Virus record (IMG/VR): IMGVR_UViG_3300032290_001158
Span: 1 to 56,854 of that record
DNA from: a virus
Lineage: Duplodnaviria; Caudoviricetes
Strand: one strand, 5' to 3'
Length of the DNA: 56,854 nucleotides
Part shown: positions 38,272-51,331 of the stretch, piece after piece
Numbering within the stretch: the first letter of the stretch is position 1
Layout: every line of letters begins with the position of its first letter
Made by a program: the position numbers and the translations under genes
Notes under the pieces: generated by a model
What the model saw: the letters and a program-made list of their open reading frames with translations, nothing else
Told to the model about the DNA's origin: nothing
The model's database searches: none

Positions 38272-41124
38272 TTATAACTCCGCACTAAATCCGAGGAAGG
38301 TTGCAGCATTGTTGTTTGAAATTAACTGATACGGTCTGAACTGCGTTGCACCAGTTACTCCAAACTGAAGTGCTTGCATTCCAGTTGTATATCCATATGC
38401 AGTAGGTGTTGCGCCAGTTAAAGTCGTAACTCCATCAAATAGACCGTAGGCTCCGCCAGTTTCAATAGCGCTAGGTGCGGCTCTAAAAGTTACTGGCATT
38501 GGTATGTGAATAAGTACAGATGTTGTTGCTGTTGCAAAACCGAGAGCCATAGCATCAGTTGCAGTATCAACTACTTGACGATAGTAATATCGTTGGCACA
38601 AATCAAGTTCTCCAGCAATTGTCCCAGATGCTGTTATGTATGGAGTTGCAACAGGGCCTGACTCCAACTGCACTCCATATAGGTCTAGGGCTGAACTATT
38701 GACTACAACGTTTCTCAAACTAACTTGCACATATGAGTTTGTACCAATTGTCTTTGATGCAAGGCTTGGCATAGAGAATGTGAATGAGAATCTCTGCCAT
38801 GAAGATGTAAGTGCTACTCCTCCAGTATTAGAGAGGGCTGCTACCGTTGTAGAGCCTCCAGAGCCAAATACTTGCTCTACAAAAACTGAACCTGAACGAG
38901 AGGTATCTGCTTTTGCCCAGAATGAAAGTGTGCAAGTTTCTCCAGCAAGAGTTCTAACATCTTCAATTCTTTGTTGTACTTGGAAAAATGTAGATGAACC
39001 AACTGCAGTGACTGCTTGGCGCATAAAGAACGCACCTTCATAACCTGCTACGGGAGCAACTCCAGGAGTAAATGCTTGCTGTGTAATTGTGACTGTTCCG
39101 TTACCATCTTGACTATGACGCCATCTGTCTAATGTATAAATTCCATCAGCAGGGGATGTAAAGGTAGTTCCACGTTGTGCATAAAAAAAGTTAGAGTTTA
39201 TTAGTTTATTTTTACCAGCAACTTGATAGTTTCCACCCCAGCGGAGTCCGCCAGTTGCAGTGCTATCTGCAAACAACATTGAGAAGTCTGAGCCAACTGT
39301 AGTTTTAGTAACAGTGTTATCTGCAGCAGCAGAGAGTATGTCTCCCTTGGCATCAAATGTTGAAAGAGCAATGGTGTCAGAGGCATTGAAAGAGCCAAAA
39401 GTAAGAACCTCAATGACATCATTGAGGGCTAAAGCAGGAAGAATAATTGATGTTCCATTTGATGCGGTGTAGTCCTGATTACGAACAAGAAGAACACCAT
39501 TCAAAAATACTTGCTCTACTCCAGCATTGTATGCAAGCGTTGCCGCGTTTGCATCCGCTCCAGAAATAGTTGTTTGCCCTGCGGTAGCAACAAAACGATA
39601 ACGAGTAAGAGTTGCTTGGCCAGCAGGTCCTGTTGGTCCAGTAGAGCCAACTCCTGTTGCTCCTGTCGCACCCGTTGCTCCAGTTGGACCAGTTACAGTA
39701 CTTGCAGCACCAGTAGCACCAGTAGCACCAGTAGCACCAACACTTCCTGTAGCACCAGTAGGACCAGTAGGTCCTGTTGGTCCTTCGTTACCAGTGTTAC
39801 CAGTTGGTCCACGATTTCCTTGAATACCTGTTGCACCAGTTGCACCCGTTGCTCCACTTGCACCTGTAGGTCCTGTTGGTCCACCTGCAGGGCCAGTTGG
39901 CCCGCTTGCGCCTGTAGCACCAGTTGGTCCAGTGATTGAATAGCCTTGCACACCTGTTGGCCCCTGAGGTCCAGTTGGTCCTGGCATACCAGTGTTACCA
40001 GCAATACCTGTTGCTCCAGCGGGCCCCATCGGTCCAGTTGGCCCTGTCGGTCCACCGCTTGGTCCTATTGGACCTTGAGGCCCTGTCGCACCCGTAGGTC
40101 CAGTCGCTCCAAGTAATACTTCATCACCACTTGTATCTACCCAAAGAACTGTCACGGTTTCATCTGGTGCAGTAGGTCCAATTGCTAAATAATCTAAATC
40201 AATATCATCTTCATCAATCCACAACTCGCCACTATAGTAAGGACCAGTAGGTGGGTTTGGGTCAGAGAAAATAAGTTCTTCAATTACATTTTCTTCAGAC
40301 GCCCAGAACTGAAACTCTGCAGGGTTAGGTGCGGTAAGTCCAGAATAAATTGCAGCATTAGCACCAAGGTCGTCAATATCAAACCAAATATCACCTGAGG
40401 TTGGACCAGTTGGCGCTGAATTACCAATGTATGTTTCTGTAGGAATTCCTGTTGCATCTGTTGATACATAGTCTTTTCCTTTAGGACCAATTGCTCCAGT
40501 AGGTCCTGTAACTCCTGGACCAGTAGGACCAGTAGGTCCAATAATTTGTCCTACGTTTGACCATACATTGCTTGATGTCCACACATAAAGGTCACCATTT
40601 GATTCAACAATGAAAGCATCATTAAGTGAGTTACCTGTTGGTGGCAAATTTCCTGGAGTAGCAACAGTTCCACGAACTGTAATTGATGTTCCTTGAGGAC
40701 CAGTGCTTCCTGTCGCTCCAGTAGAACCAGTAGGTCCAACTTGTCCTGTAGGACCAGTAATACCTTGAGAACCAGTTGCACCTGTTGGGCCTTGAATTGT
40801 TCCAGTATTTACCCATGTGGAGGTAGTTGTGCTCCATACATAGAGGTCACCATTGACAATATATGCTTCTCCAACAGAACCGACTGGGTCAGCAGCAATG
40901 AGTTGTTGGTATGTATTGTAAGAACCAAGAATTGTTAGTCCTTGACCCTGAGGTCCAGTAGAACCTGTAGGTCCAGTTGGACCCTGAATACCTTGTGCAC
41001 CTGTAGGACCCGTTGGAACTATTTTTACAGTTGCCCAGACAGTTCCAGTCCAGCGCCAAGTATTTCCTCCAGCGCTAAATTCTTGGTTTAGGGAAGGCGA
41101 ATTAGGAAAATCAATCGCTGGCAT
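38272..41124 (-). CDS. Collagen-like fibre protein with C-terminal carbohydrate-binding-like domain
   Basis: N-terminal '[11 protein letters not shown]', GPT/GAT collagen, 'VFLNGVLL', '[13 protein letters not shown]' and 'ELDLCQRYY'. Confidence 0.85.
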   Translation of the reverse strand: MPAIDFPNSPSLNQEFSAGGNTWRWTGTVWATVKIVPTGPTGAQGIQGPTGPTGSTGPQGQGLTILGSYNTYQQLIAADPVGSVGEAYIVNGDLYVWSTTTSTWVNTGTIQGPTGATGSQGITGPTGQVGPTGSTGATGSTGPQGTSITVRGTVATPGNLPPTGNSLNDAFIVESNGDLYVWTSSNVWSNVGQIIGPTGPTGPGVTGPTGAIGPKGKDYVSTDATGIPTETYIGNSAPTGPTSGDIWFDIDDLGANAAIYSGLTAPNPAEFQFWASEENVIEELIFSDPNPPTGPYYSGELWIDEDDIDLDYLAIGPTAPDETVTVLWVDTSGDEVLLGATGPTGATGPQGPIGPSGGPTGPTGPMGPAGATGIAGNTGMPGPTGPQGPTGVQGYSITGPTGATGASGPTGPAGGPTGPTGASGATGATGATGIQGNRGPTGNTGNEGPTGPTGPTGATGSVGATGATGATGAASTVTGPTGATGATGATGVGSTGPTGPAGQATLTRYRFVATAGQTTISGADANAATLAYNAGVEQVFLNGVLLVRNQDYTASNGTSIILPALALNDVIEVLTFGSFNASDTIALSTFDAKGDILSAAADNTVTKTTVGSDFSMLFADSTATGGLRWGGNYQVAGKNKLINSNFFYAQRGTTFTSPADGIYTLDRWRHSQDGNGTVTITQQAFTPGVAPVAGYEGAFFMRQAVTAVGSSTFFQVQQRIEDVRTLAGETCTLSFWAKADTSRSGSVFVEQVFGSGGSTTVAALSNTGGVALTSSWQRFSFTFSMPSLASKTIGTNSYVQVSLRNVVVNSSALDLYGVQLESGPVATPYITASGTIAGELDLCQRYYYRQVVDTATDAMALGFATATTSVLIHIPMPVTFRAAPSAIETGGAYGLFDGVTTLTGATPTAYGYTTGMQALQFGVTGATQFRPYQLISNNNAATFLGFSAEL

Positions 41125-41290
41125 TTACATCCTCCTCAAGAACCTCTGAATTCAATTCTTCCACATAAATCTTTGCCCAAGAATCTGCTGACTCTCTAGA
41201 CTCCCAAGGGCCAGGATTGTCAATCACTACGTCATCTTTTTTTATAAGACATATTAAGTCTTCTGTTATTGTATAAGTATACTTCATCAT
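41111..41290 (-). CDS. 59-aa hypothetical protein absent from the ORF track
   Basis: Translated by hand: [59 protein letters not shown]; fills the gap exactly; AGGA upstream. Confidence 0.7.
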   Translation of the reverse strand: MMKYTYTITEDLICLIKKDDVVIDNPGPWESRESADSWAKIYVEELNSEVLEEDVNASD

Positions 41291-41295
41291 ATGTC

Positions 41296-42210
41296 CTAGT
41301 TATCAACTCTTGATGTTGATATTTTTCCTAATTCTCCAGCAATAGCAAAGCCTGGATAACCGCTCACTGTTCCATATGTAATTGAGTCTATATTTGAAAT
41401 ATCAAAAGAAGAGGTAACTAGGGTCCAGTTAGATAAATCAACACTATATGCAAGTTGTCCGTTATTTCCGCAAGCGACAAAAATATCTGAACCAAAATCA
41501 ACATCTCTAATACTTAGCCCAGAAAAAGGACTTGTTCTTTGAGTCCAGGTAACCCCGTCAATTGATGTTCCAATTTTTCCATCACCTGATACAGCAACAT
41601 ATCTATTTATATTATATGCAATAGAGTTTATTTGACTTGTTCCAAAACCACTTGTGACAATATGGTCCCATGTTACAGCGTCTGTTGAACTAGAAATTTT
41701 TCCACTTGTACCAACAACTCTAAATTTAGAGCCATCATGGATAATTCCATATAGGTTTATTGCAGTAAGTCCGTATGTTTGCTGAGTCCAAGTGAGTCCA
41801 TCAGTAGATGTTGCTATTTTACTAGAGGCACCTATTGCTACAAAAATACCTGCAGCATATGTAATACCAAAAATAGTTGTTCCACCAAAAGAACTTGTTC
41901 TTTGTGTCCATGTAATACCATCGGGGGATGTTGCTAGTTTACCAGCACCACCTACTGCAACATATAAACCTGCACCATATGCTGCATCCCAAACTACTGT
42001 TGTTCCAAAAGAACTTGTAACTATAGTCCAAGAAATTCCATCAGTAGCATATCCAAGTTTTCCACTAGCACCACCAGCAATAAATCTGTTGTTTATATAT
42101 TTTATAAAAGTTACTTCAGTAGTATCAAACCCACTAATTCTTGGAGAAAATACTCCAGGAGAACTTGTTCTTACTCTGGATGAAATAATACCGTGTAGGG
42201 TTCTTAGCAT
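41296..42210 (-). CDS. Beta-propeller (BNR/Asp-box repeat) protein
   Basis: Repeats 'ATSPDGITWTQRTSSFG...I.Y....FVAVG..G'; start moved to 'MLRTLHGIISS'. Confidence 0.8.
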   Translation of the reverse strand: MLRTLHGIISSRVRTSSPGVFSPRISGFDTTEVTFIKYINNRFIAGGASGKLGYATDGISWTIVTSSFGTTVVWDAAYGAGLYVAVGGAGKLATSPDGITWTQRTSSFGGTTIFGITYAAGIFVAIGASSKIATSTDGLTWTQQTYGLTAINLYGIIHDGSKFRVVGTSGKISSSTDAVTWDHIVTSGFGTSQINSIAYNINRYVAVSGDGKIGTSIDGVTWTQRTSPFSGLSIRDVDFGSDIFVACGNNGQLAYSVDLSNWTLVTSSFDISNIDSITYGTVSGYPGFAIAGELGKISTSRVDN

Positions 42211-42212
42211 GG

Positions 42213-43619
42213 CTATGCAGTCAAACTTCCAGCAAGAAGCCATTCATTTGCAGCAACCTTAATCAGTGAGGCTGTTGCATATTGCTGAGATGTTTTTTTC
42301 TTAGATGCTTCAGAGTTTATAGTTACTCCTACTGCTCCTACAAAAGTAATCTGACCTGCTCCATATTGAGCAACTACTATTTGAGAGCCAATAGGGAAAG
42401 TGTAAGAGTTAAAACCATCAACTTCAATAGAAACATTCACTGCTGAACCTGAAGTTATTCTTACTAACTTAGAGACATCTGCAGAACTTAAAGTTGTTGA
42501 TAAAGAGTATGTATTTATCGGTAGTTCATAAAATGCTGGTCCAGTTGGCCCAGATACTCCCGTTGGACCTGTAGGACCAAGATTGCTGATAACAATTTGA
42601 CCACCCATTGACCCATGGAACTCACATACATAGTAAAGAAGGCTTGGGGCATCTAAAGGAACATCCCAAATTAAAACTCCGCTTTGAGTTCCATTTCCAG
42701 TTACTCCACTTGAATATACATTTCCTGAAATATATCCGCCAGAGTTTATGCTTGTCTGTATATAAAAAGGGTGTCCAGTAGCATTAATATTAAAAATATA
42801 TCTATTTCCACGAACAATATAAAGTGTTGGATTAGAAGTTCCACTAATTGTGTATGCGCTGGCTCCACTATTTACAACAGAATAGGTTGTTCCTCCAGGA
42901 ATTCCCTGAGCGCCCGTAGGTCCTGCCACAGTGCTTGTTGCACCCGTTGCTCCTGTAGGTCCTTGAATGTTTCCTACACTTAACCAACTAGTAGTTGTTG
43001 CATCCCATACATATAGTGTTCCAGAGATTAAATATGATTCTCCTGCAGTCCCAATAGGGCGTGCTGCTTGTAGAGCGCCAAGGTTTGCATAAGAACCAGC
43101 AATTGTAATTCCTTGTCCTTGTTGCCCAGTCGCTCCAGTAGCACCCGTTGCTCCAGTTGCACCTGTCGCACCTGTAGGTCCAGTAATACCTTGCGGCCCA
43201 CTTACACCAGTAGCACCCGTTGCACCTTGTGGACCAGTAGGTCCTTGAAAACCTCTTACACCAGTCGCACCTGTCGGACCAGCATTTCCTTGAGGCCCTG
43301 TATTTCCTTGAATACCTTGCGGACCTAATGGACCTGTTGGTCCTTGCCCACCTTGTGCACCTTGTGGACCAGTAACTCCTTGCGGTCCAGTTACAGTTGA
43401 GGCTGCACCTGTAGCACCAGTTGCACCAGTTGCACCTGTAGGTCCTGCTACACCTTGAATACCCTGTGCACCCGTAGGTCCAGTCGCTCCTTGTGGACCA
43501 GTTGCACCTGCTGCAATAGTTCTAACAAGTTTCCATGCAGTGCCATTCCACTCATACAAAAGTGCACCAGATGCATATTGCTGATTAAGTGTTGGAGAGT
43601 TTGGAAAATCAATAGGCAT
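42213..43619 (-). CDS. Collagen-like fibre protein with cupredoxin-like domain
   Basis: N-terminal '[11 protein letters not shown]', collagen, '[11 protein letters not shown]....GHPF...[11 protein letters not shown]', C-terminal 'Q.GAGQIT...WLLAGSL'. Confidence 0.85.
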   Translation of the reverse strand: MPIDFPNSPTLNQQYASGALLYEWNGTAWKLVRTIAAGATGPQGATGPTGAQGIQGVAGPTGATGATGATGAASTVTGPQGVTGPQGAQGGQGPTGPLGPQGIQGNTGPQGNAGPTGATGVRGFQGPTGPQGATGATGVSGPQGITGPTGATGATGATGATGATGQQGQGITIAGSYANLGALQAARPIGTAGESYLISGTLYVWDATTTSWLSVGNIQGPTGATGATSTVAGPTGAQGIPGGTTYSVVNSGASAYTISGTSNPTLYIVRGNRYIFNINATGHPFYIQTSINSGGYISGNVYSSGVTGNGTQSGVLIWDVPLDAPSLLYYVCEFHGSMGGQIVISNLGPTGPTGVSGPTGPAFYELPINTYSLSTTLSSADVSKLVRITSGSAVNVSIEVDGFNSYTFPIGSQIVVAQYGAGQITFVGAVGVTINSEASKKKTSQQYATASLIKVAANEWLLAGSLTA

Positions 43620-43621
43620 AA

Positions 43622-44686
43622 TTAAATCTCCACAATCTGAATTTTATTAGAGTATCCAGACTCAACTCGTGAGCCAATTGAACCACCAATAGATAGAGCA
43701 TTTCCAGAACTCTGCCATGCCCAGACTTCAAAAAATTCTGCATTATCTAATACTACAACTGAGGACGATGTTATAACAGTAAAATCAGAGTTTGTTCCGA
43801 CACGAATTTCTCCTTGTCGCTTCTGGGGTGCTGTTACAGAGTTTGTATCAGCAGTATTGTGATAAATCCATGTTGCTCGTGACCCAGTGGTATCTGGACC
43901 AAAGTTAATTTGCCATGTAACTACATATGTCTTTGTTACTCCAGATGTATTTGTAAATCTTCCTACCTGAGTGGTTGAATCATATGCAAGTGTAGATGAG
44001 CCTTTGGAGTTTTCTGGGTCAGTAATATTCCAACCAACTCGTGTGTCAACGCTACTAGTTAAAGAAATTGGTGTGCTCTGTCGTCGTGCTAAAACAGCAG
44101 AAGAATATTGAGGACCTTGCGGACCAGTAGGTCCAGTTACTGATGGACCTGTAGCACCAGTTGGGCCTCCAGGACCTGTTGGGCCAAAGGGACCAGTTGC
44201 TCCTCTAAGACCAGTTTCGCCTTGCGCTCCTGTAGCACCCGTAGGTCCAGCAACTGTTGATGCTGGTCCTGTTGGTCCTACACTTCCAGTTGCACCAGTT
44301 GCTCCTGTTGCACCTGTTGTTCCAATAGAACCTTGAGCACCTGTTGGTCCAGTAACTCCGCCAATGCTTGATGCAGACTCAACCCAGTAGCCATCGTAGT
44401 AAACATATATTTGTCCTGTATTTGCATCAAACCATGCATCACCTGAGATAGCACTTGTTGGTGGTGTTGATGCTTGAAGAGCAAATGAACCATAACGACC
44501 TGTAGGACCTGTAGAACCAGTAGGTCCAGTTACAGTAGATGCTGGTCCAGTAGGGCCTTGCGGACCAGTAGGTCCAGTAAGTTCTGTAACTACTAAATTC
44601 CATACAGTACCGTTCCATTTATACTGCTGTGACCCGTATGTATAGATATCATTTAAGGATGGTGAGGATGGAAAATCAATCGCCAT
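43622..44686 (-). CDS. Collagen-like fibre protein with C1q-like head
   Basis: N-terminal '[11 protein letters not shown]', collagen, C-terminal 'RFT....YVVTWQI......V.L....FEVWAWQ.SG'. Confidence 0.8.
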   Translation of the reverse strand: MAIDFPSSPSLNDIYTYGSQQYKWNGTVWNLVVTELTGPTGPQGPTGPASTVTGPTGSTGPTGRYGSFALQASTPPTSAISGDAWFDANTGQIYVYYDGYWVESASSIGGVTGPTGAQGSIGTTGATGATGATGSVGPTGPASTVAGPTGATGAQGETGLRGATGPFGPTGPGGPTGATGPSVTGPTGPQGPQYSSAVLARRQSTPISLTSSVDTRVGWNITDPENSKGSSTLAYDSTTQVGRFTNTSGVTKTYVVTWQINFGPDTTGSRATWIYHNTADTNSVTAPQKRQGEIRVGTNSDFTVITSSSVVVLDNAEFFEVWAWQSSGNALSIGGSIGSRVESGYSNKIQIVEI

Positions 44687-44689
44687 TTA

Positions 44690-48829
<4,140 letters not shown>

Positions 48830-48850
48830 TTAATCTCCCAGGGACGAAAC

Positions 48851-48905
48851 GAACAAAAACGTTATAATGCACCTATTCTGGTTCTATTTTACGGTGTTTT
48901 TGTTC
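48851..48905. promoter_or_regulatory. 10-bp inverted repeat flanking the putative -10 of the collagen operon
   Basis: GAACAAAAAC-N35-GTTTTTGTTC, with minus-strand TAAAAT at 48886-48891 inside. Confidence 0.5.
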
Positions 48906-48933
48906 ATGCGAGTTTGAAACTTAGAGCAAAATT

Positions 48934-50175
48934 TTAGTTTTCTCGGTCCAAAGAGAGAATACTTAGGTCTTTTCTTGGGTCATGTTCTTCGCCAATTACC
49001 ATAGTTAAAATTCCAGGACGCGATTCTAAACCAGTTCTATCTCTAAACCATGCTGAACCTGGGTCTACTGTTGGGCACTGTGCCCAGAAGCGAGGTCCTA
49101 TGTCTTTTGCTTTGAAGTGGTGAAAGTGACCTGAAAGCAAGACAGTGCAGTCTCCCAAGGGAGTCATTCCTGCTGCTTGTCCTTTTATATAGTTCTCAGC
49201 GTCTTTTGCTTGATGTCCGTGGAATAGCCCGAGCATTACACCATTTACATTAATTGCTAATGTCTGATGGTCTTTTGAGGGAAATCTAAACTCAACATGA
49301 GATAAATCTGGACGTTGGTCGCAGACCATTCTTACTGCACTAGCAATATCAGTGTTCCAACCTTCTGCTGGGTCAACTGCAACTTGTCTAGTAACTTCAT
49401 CATGGTTTCCGTTTACTACTGCAACAATAACTTTATCTACTAGCGGAGCAAATGCAACAACTTGCTTAAATAGAATTTCTCTACCTAAACGTATCTGTTC
49501 TGTGAGACCTAAATCTGATGCGTAACTACTTTGAAGTCTTCCGCCTTGTGAGGTATTACCTTCAACGTGGTCCCCTAAAAGTGCAATTACAACTGTCCCA
49601 ATCGGTCTGCCTAATTTTTGTAACTCTTTTAGACGCTCCACTCCCATATCAGTGGCATCTAATAGTCTTTGTAAAGTGTGTTCAGTTCCTTCGCCATTTG
49701 CTCTTTTTCCAAGTTGCTGGTCAGATGGTGCAAATATGTAAGCAAGTTCCCCCTGAGGCTTCTTTGTTTTAGAAGAAAACTTATATTTTCTTGCATATGA
49801 AATAAGTTCTTCTATGTCTACTTTTTCCTGCTCTTCTTCTGGATTTCCTATTGGAACAATATTAATTCTTGCTGATTCAAGTTGGTCACCATTAAAAGTT
49901 TGCCACTGACCTTTTCTTACAGAAGTAACTCTCCACTCAGATGGGTCAAGGTTAAATTCTTTAAGTATGTCTTCTGCTCCTGGAAGGTTTCCTGCTGGTT
50001 TATTGTTTGCAACAACATACCCACCCTTTTCATCAATCTCCATGCGGGGTCGCCAAGACTCGGTGAATTTGTCTTTGTCATCTTTTCTATCAGAGCCACG
50101 CTGTCCAGGGCTACTGAGGTCAACTAGTTTTTCTAATAAAGATTTTTCTTCTTTTGGTTTTGTCTCATCTGTCAT
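48934..50175 (-). CDS. Calcineurin-like metallophosphoesterase / nuclease
   Basis: 'PSDQQLG', 'LGDHVEG', 'GNHDE', 'FHGH' and 'GHFHH'; start moved to 'MTDETKP'. Confidence 0.85.
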   Translation of the reverse strand: MTDETKPKEEKSLLEKLVDLSSPGQRGSDRKDDKDKFTESWRPRMEIDEKGGYVVANNKPAGNLPGAEDILKEFNLDPSEWRVTSVRKGQWQTFNGDQLESARINIVPIGNPEEEQEKVDIEELISYARKYKFSSKTKKPQGELAYIFAPSDQQLGKRANGEGTEHTLQRLLDATDMGVERLKELQKLGRPIGTVVIALLGDHVEGNTSQGGRLQSSYASDLGLTEQIRLGREILFKQVVAFAPLVDKVIVAVVNGNHDEVTRQVAVDPAEGWNTDIASAVRMVCDQRPDLSHVEFRFPSKDHQTLAINVNGVMLGLFHGHQAKDAENYIKGQAAGMTPLGDCTVLLSGHFHHFKAKDIGPRFWAQCPTVDPGSAWFRDRTGLESRPGILTMVIGEEHDPRKDLSILSLDREN

Positions 50176-50456
50176 TTTTCTACCTTGGCACGAAGAACAC
50201 CTTCTTTTCCTGTGTAGCATCGGCACTGCTTACCTCTATGAAGTCTTATAGAAGAAAAGGCTACGTCATACCCTTCTGCTATTAGAAGTTGATGAATTTG
50301 CCTATTAGATATTTGTCCTTTTGTAGGAGGAGTCAGCATAACAATTTCTAATGCTTTTTTATCTTCTTCATTTAGTTTGCTTAATACTTTTGAAATACCG
50401 CAGGGGAGCCCAGCGACGGAAGGAGCAAGTTGATTTATTTTCTCTGCTAGCGTCAT
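50172..50456 (-). CDS. Small hypothetical protein with C...H-x4-C-x-C motif
   Basis: 'CGISK' and 'HRGKQCRC'; GAGGTG RBS; overlaps the phosphoesterase start. Confidence 0.65.
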   Translation of the reverse strand: MTLAEKINQLAPSVAGLPCGISKVLSKLNEEDKKALEIVMLTPPTKGQISNRQIHQLLIAEGYDVAFSSIRLHRGKQCRCYTGKEGVLRAKVEK

Positions 50457-50565
50457 TTCAAGCCACCTCTCTCTTTCGAGAATACGACCAACAACTAAGT
50501 TGGCTAAGTGACTATAACTTTAACGGTAAGGGTGAGAGTTTTTGTGTTTTAGTCTCGGCGTGTCG

Positions 50566-50901
50566 TTAAATGTCTTTTTTGCGGTTAGACCTAGGAGCCT
50601 TTAAGTGAGAGTCAACAATAATTGTTACTAAGTCTTTAACAATCTTTATTTCTGCTGCAATCTCGGTATTTGAGCGTTCAACTCTATCAACTCTATCTGA
50701 TAGCGATTTGCCACTATTAGGCCATAACTGGTATTCTACTTTTTCCATTCTTTCACTAAGGCTGCGACCTTTGTCGTCTGTGCCAATTGCACCATCAATT
50801 CTTTTTGCAATTCTATATACGGCATATGTGAACGCACTTACTGTTGCCAAGCCGCCAACAATTAAAACTATTTCTGAAAATATCTGCATATCTTTGAACA
50901 T
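50566..50901 (-). CDS. Membrane protein (one TM helix + coiled coil, DUF2746-like); start uncertain
   Basis: Hydrophobic N-terminal helix; 'PNSGKSLSDRVDRVE'. Confidence 0.6.
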   Translation of the reverse strand: MFKDMQIFSEIVLIVGGLATVSAFTYAVYRIAKRIDGAIGTDDKGRSLSERMEKVEYQLWPNSGKSLSDRVDRVERSNTEIAAEIKIVKDLVTIIVDSHLKAPRSNRKKDI

Positions 50902-51106
50902 GGGATAGTATCGCGCTTTCCAGAGATAGGGGAAAAAGGTTGACACTATTTTCTCACAACTTATATGGCTTTATCTGCCGCTATCGGTGTCTAAGTCACC
51001 AAAAATTAGATAGTTATGTATAGTTCGTTATTGACTAAATTAATCATATTCGTCAAAATATGCGTTGGATGGTAAGTACATAAAGAGGAAGCGAGCGACG
51101 AAATAA

Positions 51107-51331
51107 ATGCTACAAACTGAGAAAAGAATGAGTATACGGGCTACCGCAATGCGGTTAGGGCTCCCTACAAGAGTTATTTCAAGAGCCGTATGGTCGGGGG
51201 AATTAGTAGCAATACACACCACAACGGAGACTGGAAGAGAGCGTATTTATATACGTTTTACTGATGCAGATGATTGGTTCAAATCTCTCTCTTCTGAAAG
51301 TAAAACTGCTTCCGTTAGTGGTGCAGAATGA
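51107..51331 (+). CDS. Helix-turn-helix DNA-binding protein (excisionase/MerR-like)
   Basis: 'MSIRATA.RLGLP.R.I.RAV.SGEL.A....G.....I......W'. Confidence 0.7.
   Translation: MLQTEKRMSIRATAMRLGLPTRVISRAVWSGELVAIHTTTETGRERIYIRFTDADDWFKSLSSESKTASVSGAE

Noticed and set aside
50566-50901. Lysis cassette (holin)
   Set aside because: No endolysin is adjacent or recognisable in the window, and one TM helix is not enough to call a holin.
51107-51331. Excisionase indicating a prophage
   Set aside because: No integrase, att-like junction or host genes are in the window; the HTH is coupled to the primase gene.
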